64,000 bases of DNA from Nemertoderma westbladi (lineage: Eukaryota; Animalia; Xenacoelomorpha), in assembly GCA_032718475.1 (NCBI GenBank), contig JAUCBJ010007043.1:1-64000 (forward strand), in the 5' to 3' direction. This document shows, in pieces, positions 25,420 through 38,700 of this stretch. Every line of letters starts with the position of its first letter. The first letter of the stretch is position 1. The notes beneath the pieces were generated by a model. It was not told the origin of the DNA. It ran no database searches and saw only the letters and a program-made list of their open reading frames with translations. Position numbers and translations under genes: made by a program.

Positions 25420-28400
25420 AATGTGGCTACATCTGATTCAACAACACCCTCCAACAACATACTTAAACTTACAAGGCTATCATCGGGGACCAACATTTTC
25501 TTCTTCGAATTGGAAGAAACCCAAACAGTCGAACAGGCATATTGTTACAAGAACAGCTGCTCACGGTTTCCAAGAAACCCAAACAGTCGAACAGGCATAT
25601 TGTTACAAGAACAACTGCTCACGGTTTCCAAGAAACCCAAACAGTCGAACAGGCATATTGTTACAAGAACAACTGCTCACGGTTTCCAAGAAACCCAAAC
25701 AGTCGAACAGGCATATTGTTACAAGAACAACTGCTCACGGTTTCCAAGAAACCCAAACAGTCGAACAGGCATATTGTTACAAGAACAACTGCTCACGGTT
25801 TCCAAGAAACCCAAACAGTCGAACAGGCATATTGTTACAATAACAACTGCTCACGGTTTCCAAGAAACCCAAACAGTCGAACAGGCATATTGTTACAAGA
25901 ACAACTGCTCACGGTTTCCAAGAAACCCAAACAGTCGAACAGGCATATTGTTACAATAACAACTGCTCACGGTTTCCAAGAAACCCAAACAGTCGAACAG
26001 GCATATTGTTACAAGAACAACTGCTCACGGTTTCCAAGAAACCCAAACAGTCGAACAGGCATATTGTTACAAGAACAACTGCTCACGGTTTCCAAGAAAC
26101 CCAAACAGTCGAACAGGCATATTGTTACAAGAACAACTGCTCACGGTTTCCAAGAAACCCAAACAGTCGAACAGGCATATTGTTACAAGAACAACTGCTC
26201 ACGGTTTCCAAGAAACCCAAACAGTCGAACAGGCATATTGTTACAATAACAACTGCTCACGGTTTCCAAGAAACCCAAACAGTCGAACAGGCATATTGTT
26301 ACAAGAACAACTGCTCACGGTTTCCAAGAAACCCAAACAGTCGAACAGGCATATTGTTACAATAACAACTGCTCACGGTTTCCAAGAAACCCAAACAGTC
26401 GAACAGGCATATTGTTACAATAACAACTGCTCACGGTTTCCAAGAAACCCAAACAGTCGAACAGGCATATTGTTACAAGAACAACTGCTCACGGTTTCCA
26501 AGAAACCCAAACAGTCGAACAGGCATATTGTTACAAGAACAACTGCTCACGGTTTCCAAGAAACCCAAACAGTCGAACAGGCATATTGTTACAAGAACAA
26601 CTGCTCACGGTTTCCAAGAAACCCAAACAGTCGAACAGGCATATTGTTACAAGAACAACTGCTCACGGTTTCCAAGAAACCCAAACAGTCGAACAGGCAT
26701 ATTGTTACAAGAACAACTGCTCACGGTTTCCAAGAAACCCAAACAGTCGAACAGGCATATTGTTACAATAACAACTGCTCACGGTTTCCAAGAAACCCAA
26801 ACAGTCGAACAGGCATATTGTTACAATAACAACTGCTCACGGTTTCCAAGAAACCCAAACAGTCGAACAGGCATATTGTTACAAGAACAACTGCTCACGG
26901 TTTCCAAGAAACCCAAACAGTCGAACAGGCATATTGTTACAATAACAACTGCTCACGGTTTCCAAGAAACCCAAACAGTCGAACAGGCATATTGTTACAA
27001 GAACAACTGCTCACGGTTTCCAAGAAACCCAAACAGTCGAACAGGCATATTGATACAATAACAACTGCTCACGGTTTCCAAGAAACCCAAACAGTCGAAC
27101 AGGCATATTGTTACAAGAACAACTGCTCACGGTTTCCAAGAAACCCAAACAGTCGAACAGGCATATTGTTACAAGAACAACTGCTCACGGTTTCCAAGAA
27201 ACCCAAACAGTCGAACAGGCATATTGTTACAATAACAACTGCTCACGGTTTCCAAGAAACCCAAACAGTCGAACAGGCATATTGTTACAATAACAACTGC
27301 TCACGGTTTCCAAGAAACCCAAACAGTCGAACAGGCATATTGTTACAAGAACAACTGCTCACGGTTTCCAAGAAACCCAAACAGTCGAACAGGCATATTG
27401 TTACAAGAACAACTGCTCACGGTTTCCAAGAAACCCAAACAGTCGAACAGGCATATTGTTACAATAACAACTGCTCACGGTTTCCAAGAAACCCAAACAG
27501 TCGAACAGGCATATTGTTACAATAACAACTGCTCACGGTTTCCAAGAAACCCAAACAGTCGAACAGGCATATTGTTACAAGAACAACTGCTCACGGTTTC
27601 CAAGAAACCCAAACAGTCGAACAGGCATATTGTTACAATAACAACTGCTCACGGTTTCCAAGAAACCCAAACAGTCGAACAGGCATATTGTTACAAGAAC
27701 AACTGCTCACGGTTTCCAAGAAACCCAAACAGTCGAACAGGCATATTGTTACAATAACAACTGCTCACGGTTTCCAAGAAACCCAAACAGTCGAACAGGC
27801 ATATTGTTACAAGAACAACTGCTCACGGTTTCCAAGAAACCCAAACAGTCGAACAGGCATATTGTTACAAGAACAACTGCTCACGGTTTCCAAGAAACCC
27901 AAACAGTCGAACAGGCATATTGTTACAAGAACAACTGCTCACGGTTTCCAAGAAACCCAAACAGTCGAACAGGCATATTGTTACAATAACAACTGCTCAC
28001 GGTTTCCAAGAAACCCAAACAGTCGAACAGGCATATTGTTACAATAACAACTGCTCACGGTTTCCAAGAAACCCAAACAGTCGAACAGGCATATTGTTAC
28101 AAGAACAACTGCTCACGGTTTCCAAGAAACCCAAACAGTCGAACAGGCATATTGTTACAATAACAACTGCTCACGGTTTCCAAGAAACCCAAACAGTCGA
28201 ACAGGCATATTGTTACAAGAACAACTGCTCACGGTTTCCAAGAAACCCAAACAGTCGAACAGGCATATTGTTACAATAACAACTGCTCACGGTTTCCAAG
28301 AAACCCAAACAGTCGAACAGGCATATTGTTACAAGAACAACTGCTCACGGTTTCCAAGAAACCCAAACAGTCGAACAGGCATATTGTTACAAGAACAACT

Positions 28401-28800
28401 GCTCACGGTTTCCAAGAAACCCAAACAGTCGAACAGGCATATTGTTACAAGAACAACTGCTCACGGTTTCCAAGAAACCCAAACAGTCGAACAGGCATAT
28501 TGTTACAATAACAACTGCTCACGGTTTCCAAGAAACCCAAACAGTCGAACAGGCATATTGTTACAATAACAACTGCTCACGGTTTCCACCACATTATTTG
28601 CAGCAATAAAACTCCGTTCCATGAGCGCTCTGGTTGTTGTAAATGCTCCTACTGTAACCGATCATGCAAGGACCTGTACCATGTTCTCAACTGTTCGAGC
28701 TGTCCTCCACTTGCTGCTGGCTTCCAAGAAATAATTAAACCGACTATCAAAAATATATTTTCGCTTATGTACACTAATATAAATATTTTAATTATTATTT
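25420..28800 (+). mobile_element. 5'-truncated LINE 3' fragment (Cys/His-rich ORF2 C-terminus) hosting the 58-bp satellite
   Basis: Collapsing the array gives GYHRGPTFSSSNWKKPKQSNRHIVTRTAAHGFHHIICSNKTPFHERSGCCKCSYCNRSCKDLYHVLNC. This is homologous to 31209-31400. AATAAA and an A-run follow at about 28803. Confidence 0.75.
25513..28587. repeat. 58-bp satellite, about 53 near-identical copies
   Basis: Unit CCAAGAAACCCAAACAGTCGAACAGGCATATTGTTACAA[G/T]AACAACTGCTCACGGTTT. Confidence 0.98.
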
Positions 28801-28851
28801 TAAATAAAAAAAAATCTATTTGCCCCGCGTGGGGGCGTATATATTAAAAAA

Positions 28852-28992
28852 AATATTATATTATATTATATCTATTATATTATATTATATCTATTATATT
28901 ATATTATATCTATTATATTATATTATATATATTATATTATATTATATCTATTATATTATATTATATCTATTATATTATATTATATATATTAT
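28852..28992. repeat. AT-rich low-complexity (TATAT/TATTA)n microsatellite
   Basis: Directly visible. Confidence 0.9.
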
Positions 28993-29345
28993 AACTAATG
29001 ATATCCTTAATTTTATCTAGGGAGACTGAGAATCTGCTAACGGATTTTGTCACTTCGTCCCCTTCTGACCTTAGACAAATCCGCAGAGGGTTAAACACGG
29101 CCCTAGGCTGATCCAGGCTAAGTCCACTTGGATGGTTTAATTATGGCCTGCAAATACAGGATTATACCACATTATCTAAACAAACCAGCAACCCCTGGGG
29201 TTCACAACCAGTCTTTTATTCATCAGATTTTTTTGTGTTTTCCGATGTAAAATTTTATAGTGATTCCGAATCTGAAATCAGTTTTTCGATAAGTCGTTTC
29301 GTTCTCGAGTTGAGGCCACTTTTGTAATTTACACCCAAAATTTTA

Positions 29346-30180
29346 AGCCTCGCACTGGGATGTGGTAGAAGGGGACTCCGCAGCCCTCGCACTGGGATGT
29401 GGAGAAGGGGACTCCGCAGCCCTCGTACTGGGATGGGGAGAAGGGGACTCCGGAGCCCTCGCACTGGGATGTGGAGAAGGGGACTCCGCAGCCCTCGCAC
29501 TGGGATGGGGGAGAAGGGAACTCTGCAGCCCTCGCACTGGGATGGGGGAGAAGGGGACTCCGCAGCCCTCGCACTGGGATGGGGGAGAAGGGGACTCCGC
29601 AGCCCTCGCACTGGGATGTGGAGAAGGGAACTCTGCAGCCCTCGCACTGGGATGGGGGAGAAGGGGACTCCGCAGCCCTCGCACTGGGATCGGGGAGAAG
29701 GGGATTCCGCAGCCCTCGCACTGGGATGTGGGGAAGGGGACTCCGCAGCCCTCGTACTGGGATGGGGAGAAGGGGACTCCGGAGCCCTCGCACTGGGATG
29801 TGGAGAAGGGGACTCCGCAGCCCTCGCACTGGGATGGGGGAGAAGGGAACTCTGCAGCCCTCGCACTGGGATGTGGAGAAGGGGACTCCGCAGCCCTCGC
29901 ACTGGGATGGGGGAGAAGGGAACTCTGCAGCCCTCGCACTGGGATGTGGGGAAGGGGACTCCGCAGCCCTCGTACTGGGATGGGGAGAAGGGGACTCCGG
30001 AGCCCTCGCACTGGGATGTGGAGAAGGGGACTCCACAGCCCTCGCACTGGGATGGGGGAGAAGGGGACTCCGCAGCCCTCGCACTGGGATGGGGAGAATG
30101 GGACTCCGCAGCCCTCGCACTGGGATGTGGAGAGGGGGACTCCACAGCCCTCGCACTGGGGTGGGGGAGAAGGGGACTCG
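29346..30180. repeat. G-rich 36-37-bp minisatellite (GGGGACTCCGCAGCCCTCGCACTGGGATG[T/G]GGAGAA), about 23 copies
   Basis: Period 36 (29371 to 29407). Confidence 0.95.
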
Positions 30181-30269
30181 GCATTTCTAAAGAAAATGAC
30201 TTCAATCATCAACAATCAATCGTGTTCGGACGTCGATTGCAGCGGAACTCCCCCCAGAACAGTACGGTT

Positions 30270-31445
30270 TCTCACCAGGCAAGTCAACGACTGATGCAAT
30301 CAATATACTTCTCAAGGAAATTGAAAATGCACTTAAGTCACCTCGGCGATCCGACCGAAAAATGTATGCACTATTTGTCGACTTCCAAAAGGCGTTCGAC
30401 TGCGTGAACAGAACAGTTCTTCTGCCCAAGCCCAAGATATACAAGTTCGGTATAAAGGGAAAATTATTCAATCTTGTACGAGACCTGCTACATAACTACA
30501 TCCGAGTTTCTGAGACTGGGAGACTGTTTCTCTCCAACCTGTTTCATGATTTGCATTGCGGACCTGGCGATAGTTCTACGACATCATACGATATCAATTT
30601 TCTAAAATTCTTATTTTACGCTGACGACCTGGTTATTTTCTCCCCGGACAAAGAAGGGATTCAACAAGCTTTGAATATTTTACATAGGTGTACGGAAAAT
30701 GCTGTGGAAGTAAACCTGATTAAAACAAAAATAATAAAATTTCGAAAAGCGGGACGATTAACTCAATCCGACAAATTTACATATGGTGAAAATAATATTA
30801 CAATCTGTAACAGCTACGAATATTTAAGAGTAACATTACAACCTTCTCTCTGCTTTACCCAACACGTCAAAAACAAAAAGAAGAAAGCATATTGCGTTAT
30901 CGGGTCTCTAATTAATCTTCCCCAAGTCTCAATCGAAACTGGAATTAAAATATTCAATATGAAAATACACCCTATGGTTACATACTTTCCCACCTACTAA
31001 CTCTCTCTCACCTCAAAGAACTGGATAGAATTAAATCAATGTTTATAAAACGTATGCTCTGTTTACATAAATCCGCCTCCGCAACTTTAGCACTACACTT
31101 GGTTAACGAAGACTTTCATTGAAGATATAATCGAAAAATTCCCAAACTCTTTCCGAAATTCTAGAACAATACAAAGAATTCAGACGACTGCGTGAACTGA
31201 ACTTTGAAGTGCAGAAGTATCGTAACGGTCCAGCGTTCGAATCTCTATCTTGGAAATTAGCCAAACAGAATAACCGTCATGTAGTAACCAGGGCAACAGC
31301 ACATGGATTCCAACAAAAACCCCACCCCTTTCATGATCTAGACTCGACCTGTATCTGTCGATTCTGTATCAACCCTGCTCTTATCGGTATCACTGTCTAG
31401 AATGTCCGACGGCTCCAAAATTGTCGCAGCTTGCATCTAGTTAAA
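30270..31445 (+). mobile_element. Degraded LINE RT and 3' fragment with an internal deletion
   Basis: YALFVDFQKAFDCVNR ... FLFYADDLVIFS ... YEYL, then WKLAKQNNRHVVTRATAHGF...CICRFC. The QG..LSP motif is not recognisable. Confidence 0.85.
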
Positions 31446-32409
31446 CCTCCCACCATATTAATTAATAGTCGATACCCTCACCTACCGAGCTCCTATTCTA
31501 ATTCTTTTTGTGCTATTTACATGTTGTTAATGTTAATTGTTAACTAATAATTATTATTAATATAGATTTACCTCGACCGGTGTACAGAAAAAAAAATTAC
31601 GACTAATGAGTCGTGATAAATTTTTATATCATCTTATATATCTTACATTGCAAGGAGTAAACAGCTCATATGCGTTCAAATATTGAAAGAATTATCTATC
31701 TGCAAAATTCAGACATTGATTGTTACATAATTGGAATCCTTGCTAAGGCGAAGTGTGTGATGCGCAAAATTAATTTTCCTTATATGATACAAAACCCCAA
31801 AATTGATTTGACCAGAAGTTAATCGATAAAAAATGGCATGTTGACTAAGACTATTTCTGCTAATCTTGGGTCCTTGGTACTGAGTTCGACAGAATACCAT
31901 AGCTTAGTCTAATATAAACCCTCTGAGAATTTTCCCTGCAGCTGAGGAAGAGGAGCCCGTGATGCTCTACGGCATTCCTCGATAGGCTCTTCTGCTACTG
32001 AGATCATCAGATCCATGATATACCATAATAGTTTATAAGAGTGTATGACTGACTGATTGACTCGAACGCCGGGCACCCTTCCTTCCCTAAACTGTGCAAA
32101 TTCAAAATGTTCAACATTTTCCGTTTCTGTGATCTCTCGATTCATATAATTAAAATCGACCGATTTCCTCGTTTCGCTCGTGCACTAACTAAACGCGCCC
32201 ACGTCCCAAGCATAATGAAACCCTGTAAAGTTATAACTGCAAACTACTGTGTCGTGGATGTAAATGGTTAAATTATTTGTTAAGCGGTAAGTCAAGACAC
32301 ATGTAGTTCCGTATGGGCTTCTGTGTTAACTTATCAGATTAAAAAGTATTATTTGTATTTCAAATTGTTAATATATTTAATTCGATATAAAATAATAAAT
32401 AAAATAAAA

Positions 32410-33441
32410 TTAGCTCAATTTAGAAGGTTTCCTTTCCTCGATGGGAATAACCGACCAATTGGGTGATCGTTTATCTTTCGACAGCCAATCAAAGTCGTCC
32501 AAATTATCCCAATTATTGACTGCGCGGTTGAGACCGGCCAACATGTAGTATCCATCCAAACCGGGATGCTCCCAGTCGCTAGGGGCAACACGGATCCCAT
32601 GACAACCCTCTATGATACAGCGTGACGTCACGTGTATGTACAGATCGGTATCTAGGGAGGAATGGACCCGAATCTGTTGGGCTGCGAGATCGAGTCTGGA
32701 TGCGAGAACGTTGTCAACGAGAACCGAGCCGCTGGTGGGCCCGCAGACAATCCGACAGTCTCTCGCGTTCGCTATATGCACGCTGGATGGCGCTCCCAAC
32801 ACGATGACGTCACAATCGACGAGGTTCTCCAACCGGATGTCCCGCTGATTAACCTCCTTCTCCGATAAGGTCAACGACCTCGCGGTCAAATCGAACAAAC
32901 CGAAACCAGAGGAACTTATTAAACGCGATTTACTTTCAGTTTCGCGGAATTTGCTTTCAGTTTCGAGACTTACATCCTGTGTTTTCGGTGCTGCTTTTTT
33001 CTCTCTTCCTCCTTTGAAGGCGAACTTTTTCTTCGGGATTAGTCGTCCCCGGAGTTCCCCTGTCGAGTTTCGTAGCTCGTCTAGGTCGGTCTGCGCGCGC
33101 TTAACATCGTAGGAGGGGAGGTAGAGACCGGCGTCTGTGAGTCGCTTCTGCAACGCGTCCAGTCGGCAGTAGATCGCGTCGAAGTGGTCCGATAGCCCGG
33201 GTTTATCCACCACGGAACTCCTCGCTAATAAACCGTCGATCTCATCCCGATCCCGCGAGAAACTACAGAAGAATAAATCGCGATCCTCGTCGAGGGTTTT
33301 ATTCAACGTCGCGTTCGTTTTACGAACTTCGCTGTTGGTTTTTATTTGCTCTCGACGTTTTTGTATTTTATCGATGACGTCTTTCTCTTTTTTAAGTTTC
33401 TCGTTACGGTCAACCCCGTTACGCGGTATAACTTCCTCCAT
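32410..33441 (-). CDS. TBCC: Tubulin-specific chaperone C (tubulin-folding cofactor C), single-exon ORF
   Basis: N-terminal helical region with LPSYD and LIPKKKFAFK. C-CAP domain with GPTSGSV, AQQIRVH, HVTSRCIIEGC and NNWDNLDDFDWL...SPNW. Confidence 0.96.
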   Translation of the reverse strand: MEEVIPRNGVDRNEKLKKEKDVIDKIQKRREQIKTNSEVRKTNATLNKTLDEDRDLFFCSFSRDRDEIDGLLARSSVVDKPGLSDHFDAIYCRLDALQKRLTDAGLYLPSYDVKRAQTDLDELRNSTGELRGRLIPKKKFAFKGGREKKAAPKTQDVSLETESKFRETESKSRLISSSGFGLFDLTARSLTLSEKEVNQRDIRLENLVDCDVIVLGAPSSVHIANARDCRIVCGPTSGSVLVDNVLASRLDLAAQQIRVHSSLDTDLYIHVTSRCIIEGCHGIRVAPSDWEHPGLDGYYMLAGLNRAVNNWDNLDDFDWLSKDKRSPNWSVIPIEERKPSKLS

Positions 33442-33707
33442 CGCTACTTAAGATTCTTGAGGCAATTTATATTTCACGGCGTAAATTAGATTAAAATATG
33501 ACGGCGGCCAAATTAGGTTATATTATATATCACCTGATCTTTTGTTACTTTGGTTACATTATTATTATTATTCAATACAGCAGGTTTCGTTTTAGACTCT
33601 ATTAACCTAAACAAAAGTAAACTTAATGAACCAGATTATGACTAATTTAGCCTATGCATTGATACATTGCATACCGTTGCCACTAGGTCTACTTCTACCG
33701 TTACCAA

Positions 33708-33724
33708 GTCGCCCTCTAGCGGGG
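33708..33724 (-). promoter_or_regulatory. CTCF-like motif about 270 bp upstream of the TBCC start codon
   Basis: The minus strand reads CCGCTAGAGGGCGAC. Confidence 0.4.
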
Positions 33725-34684
33725 GAGCCTGTTGAACTGCCGATTCCTACCAGACATAATTTTTTCAGACTTTTGACAGACTAGACTACATACTAGATGT
33801 GTAGGCCTGGTAGGTTTAATTTCATCAAAGATGGTCGTAGGCCATCTTCTAGCGACCGAGCAGCAGACAATAATGGTTGAAACAGCAGCGCTGTACTAAC
33901 CCTACCGTATGTTAACGCTAAATTTGCTTATTTTCTCCAAGAAGTCCCTTACCCCGCCACCCCACCCCATTTATACATAGCCTCTGTTGGTATTTGGGTA
34001 CATTAGGGTCGAATGTAAACGAACAACGCTATCACATCTGCTAGAAAAGCAACAGTTTATCAGGTCTTTCACTTACTATCCAGAAAGGATAGTGGCTATC
34101 GACGCAATCAAAATTCATCCCTCTCCAGGGTAATCGACGCAAATAACAGCTGATAACTCTAAAAAATAATACTGAACATGTTCCATTGGCTCTCGTTTAT
34201 TGTTTTGATTAAAATAACGTGCCACATTAACCTACTTATTTTCCTTAATCAATAATTTCACATTAAGATGATAAATTAATTCAGGGATTTGCGTCCATCC
34301 ATTTGCGCTAAACGATTATTTAATTTAGATTTAGATCACCAGGGAGCAACCCGCCCTTTGCAGTTAGTAGACAGCCTTTCAGTTTTATTACTTCTGTATG
34401 TAACAGCCTACTTGTCGTAACATTTATTTAGTATTATCGTTTTGTCATTTATTTAATATGACTTTGCAAAAATTTATTGAAAAATAGTTAAACTTTATAT
34501 TATTAAAGTTATCAATAATATTATTGATGAAAATGAATTTTGGCTGCATGTATTTTTGTCTATAGATTGTTAATAGATTTATAGATACAGTATATACATG
34601 TAGGCCTACAGTAGTTAGATATTATGTACTAGAAAGGCCAGCAAACCCGTAAACGAAGCTGCCTAAATTTTAAATCGAAATTAA

Positions 34685-35293
34685 CCCTTTGCGTACCAAT
34701 ATATGAAAAAGGCGCCACAATGAGGTCATTAACATTCTAAATAATTCAGGACTATGTTCATTAAAGCGGCAGTGTGCCGCCTTTATATAGTTATAACTTA
34801 ACCCCCAGGGCGGCAGAGAGCCGTATTTACCTATTTTATCCTGACCCTCGGTGCCGCCTCTACAGTATATAAAACTTATTATTATAACTATTGGGACGGA
34901 AAAATGGAGTTCATATTCGTGTTGGGCAGGAAAAACTGGTATAGAAAAGGTATGTCGCTTACGTATATTGCTTGACGGGATTCCAATTGGTTTGAGGGTA
35001 TTTTAAATGACATAATTTCTAAAATTTAATTTCAATTTTGCCTATAAGTATGTTACAAATGGTGAAGGCGACAGTGTGCCGCCCATGGGGTTCAAATATG
35101 AAAGATTTAAAAAACTTCGAAAATGGTTAAAGGCGGCCCTGTGCCGCCTTTAAGGGTAGGTTAAGTAGTATTTTATTTATCCTCCTTATATAAAAATCTC
35201 TGGTAAAGAAAAAAAACCTTGGTCCGATCAATTATAATTTTCTTGGTCCTTGGGAGGAAAAATTTATGTAATTTATCTTTGGAACGCAAAGGG
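34685..35293. mobile_element. piggyBac-like non-autonomous element (MITE)
   Basis: TTAA|CCCTTTGCGTACCAA ... TTGGAACGCAAAGGG|TGAA: 15-bp TIR with 1 mismatch and TTAA-type target. Internal GGCGGCA..TGCCGCC palindromes are repeated. Confidence 0.8.
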
Positions 35294-35799
35294 TGAAGGA
35301 TTACCTGTTCCAGGATTGAACCCAGTAATTTCACATGTATGTCTGACACTTTACCGAGGGATCGAACCTTCTTTCCTACACCTACTGTAACTTTGGCACC
35401 TCATAGGGTTATAAGATTTATTTTACAGTCACTGTGTGTTAAGTAAATTTTAACTGAACTCACTGTCATTGCCACTTTAATTTATGAATATACAGCAAAA
35501 ATGCTAAAACTGTAGAAAAGTGAGCATAAACTTTTACATATCGCAACTTCGGGCGTTCTTCTCCAGTTACCGGTTCTACTTCGGAGAGTGTGAGGGGAGG
35601 ATACTTTTGACTTTTGAGGCAATATTGAACCATCTCCAGGGGAAAATAGACCAAAAAAACAGCCGATTACGAGCAAAATTAAACGGTAAAATGTGCTATT
35701 GACTTACATTTACTGTTTTGGTTACAATAACATGTTATTGTAACCTGCTCCGCCCCTTTTAATTAGTCCCCCAATCTCGCATTTCCACCGTCATGCTCA

Positions 35800-38700
35800 A
35801 ACCTGATATCAAACCTCATTTAAAAACTTAAATCACAGTAATCTGATATCTCTCACCTACCATAAATTGATATCACGCATGACACTGATATCTCAAAACT
35901 GAAATCACACACTAAAACTGATACCACACACTAAACTGATATCACAAACTAAATTTATATAACGCAGTAAGCTGATATCACTAGAATGATATGTATATCA
36001 TCCCATGCTTAACTGATATCACACATTAAATTGATATCACGCAGTGATCTGATATATCACATACCAAACTGATATTACAAAAGTGATATCACTCATTAAA
36101 CTGATAAATATCACACACAAAATTGATATATCCAACAAACTGATACTACAAAATTGATGTCACGCAAGAAACTGATATTACGCAGTAATCTGATATCACT
36201 CACTAATCTGATATCAAGAACAAAAGTAATATCGCTAACTCAACTAATATATCACACACTAAAGGTATATTACTAAAGTGATACCACTCACTACTGATAT
36301 CACACACTGATGTCACTCACCTAACTGATATCACTCACTACTGATATCACACACTAAAGGGATATTACTAAACTGATACCACTCACTACTGATATCACAC
36401 ACTGATGTCACTCACCTAACTGATATCACTCACTACTGATATCACACACTAAAGGGATATTACTAAACTGATACCACTCACTACTGATATCACACACTGA
36501 TGTCACTCACCTAACTCATATCACTCACTACTGATATCACACACTGATGTCACTCACCTAACTCATATCACTCACTACTGATATCACACACTGATGTCAC
36601 TCACCTAACTGATATCACTCACTACTGATATCACACACTGATGTCACTCACCTAACTGATATCACTCACTACTGATATCACACACTGATGTCACTCACCT
36701 AACTGATATCACTCACTACTGATATCACACACTGATGTCACTCACCTAACTGATATCACGCACTACTGATATCACACACTGATGTCACTCACCTAACTCA
36801 TATCACTCACTACTGATATCACACACTGATGTCACTCACCTAACTCATATCACTCACTACTGATATCACACACTAAAGGTATATTACTAAACTGATACCA
36901 CTCACTACTGATATCACACACTGATGTCACTCACCTAACTGATATCACGCACTACTGATATCACACACTGATGTCACTCACCTAACTCATATCACTCACT
37001 ACTGATATCACACACTGATGTCACTCACCTAACTCATATCACTCACTACTGATATCACACACTAAAGGGATATTACTAAACTGATACCACTCACTACTGA
37101 TATCACACACTGATGTCACTCACCTATCTCATATCACTCACTACTGATATCACACACTGATGTCACTCACCTAACTCATATCACTCACTACTGATATCAC
37201 ACACTGATGTCACTCACCTAACTCATATCACTCACTACTGATATCACACACTAAAGGGATATTACTAAACTGATACCACTCACTACTGATATCACACACT
37301 GATGTCACTCACCTAACTCATATCACTCACTACTGATATCACACACTGATGTCACTCACCTAACTCATATCACTCACTACTGATATCACACACTGATGTC
37401 ACTCACCTAACTCATATCACTCACTACTGATATCACACACTAAAGGGATATTACTAAACTGATACCACTCACTACTGATATCACACACTGATGTCACTCA
37501 CCTAACTGATACCACTCACTACTGATATCACACACTGATGTCACTCACCTAACTGATACCACTCACTACTGATATCACACACTGATGTCACTCACCTAAC
37601 TGATATCACTCACTACTGATATCACACACTGATGTCACTCACCTAACTGATACCACTCACTACTGATATCACACACTGATGTCACTCACCTAACTCATAT
37701 CACTCACTACTGATATCACACACTGATGTCACTCACCTAACTCATACCACTCACTACTGATATCACACACTGATGTCACTCACCTAACTCATATCACTCA
37801 CTACTGATATCACACACTAAAGGGATATTACTAAACTGATACCACTCACTACTGATATCACACACTGATGTCACTCACCTAACTCATATCACTCACTACT
37901 GATATCACACACTGATGTCACTCACCTAACTCATATCACTCACTACTGATATCACACACTGATGTCACTCACCTAACTCATATCACTCACTACTGATATC
38001 ACACACTGATGTCACTCACCTAACTCATATCACTCACTACTGATATCACACACTGATGTCACTCACCTAACTCATACCACTCACTACTGATATCACACAC
38101 TGATGTCACTCACCTAACTCATATCACTCACTACTGATATCACACACTGATGTCACTCACCTAACTCATATCACTCACTACTGATATCACACACTGATGT
38201 CACTCACCTAACTCATATCACTCACTACTGATATCACACACTGATGTCACTCACCTAACTCATACCACTCACTACTGATATCACACACTGATGTCACTCA
38301 CCTAACTCATATCACTCACTACTGATATCACACACTGATGTCACTCACCTAACTCATATCACTCACTACTGATATCACACACTGATGTCACTCACCTAAC
38401 TCATACCACTCACTACTGATATCACACACTGATGTCACTCACCTAACTCATATCACTCACTACTGATATCACACACTGATGTCACTCACCTAACTGATAT
38501 CACTCACTACTGATATCACACACTGATGTCACTCACCTAACTGATATCACTCACTACTGATATCACACACTGATGTCACTCACCTAACTCATATCACTCA
38601 CTACTGATATCACACACTGATGTCACTCACCTAACTCATACCACTCACTACTGATATCACACACTGATGTCACTCACCTAACTCATATCACTCACTACTG

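Noticed and set aside
25421-30407. Many overlapping ORFs in the 58-bp and 36-bp arrays
   Set aside because: These are frame-cycling products of tandem repeats. Only the LINE-derived frame has homology.
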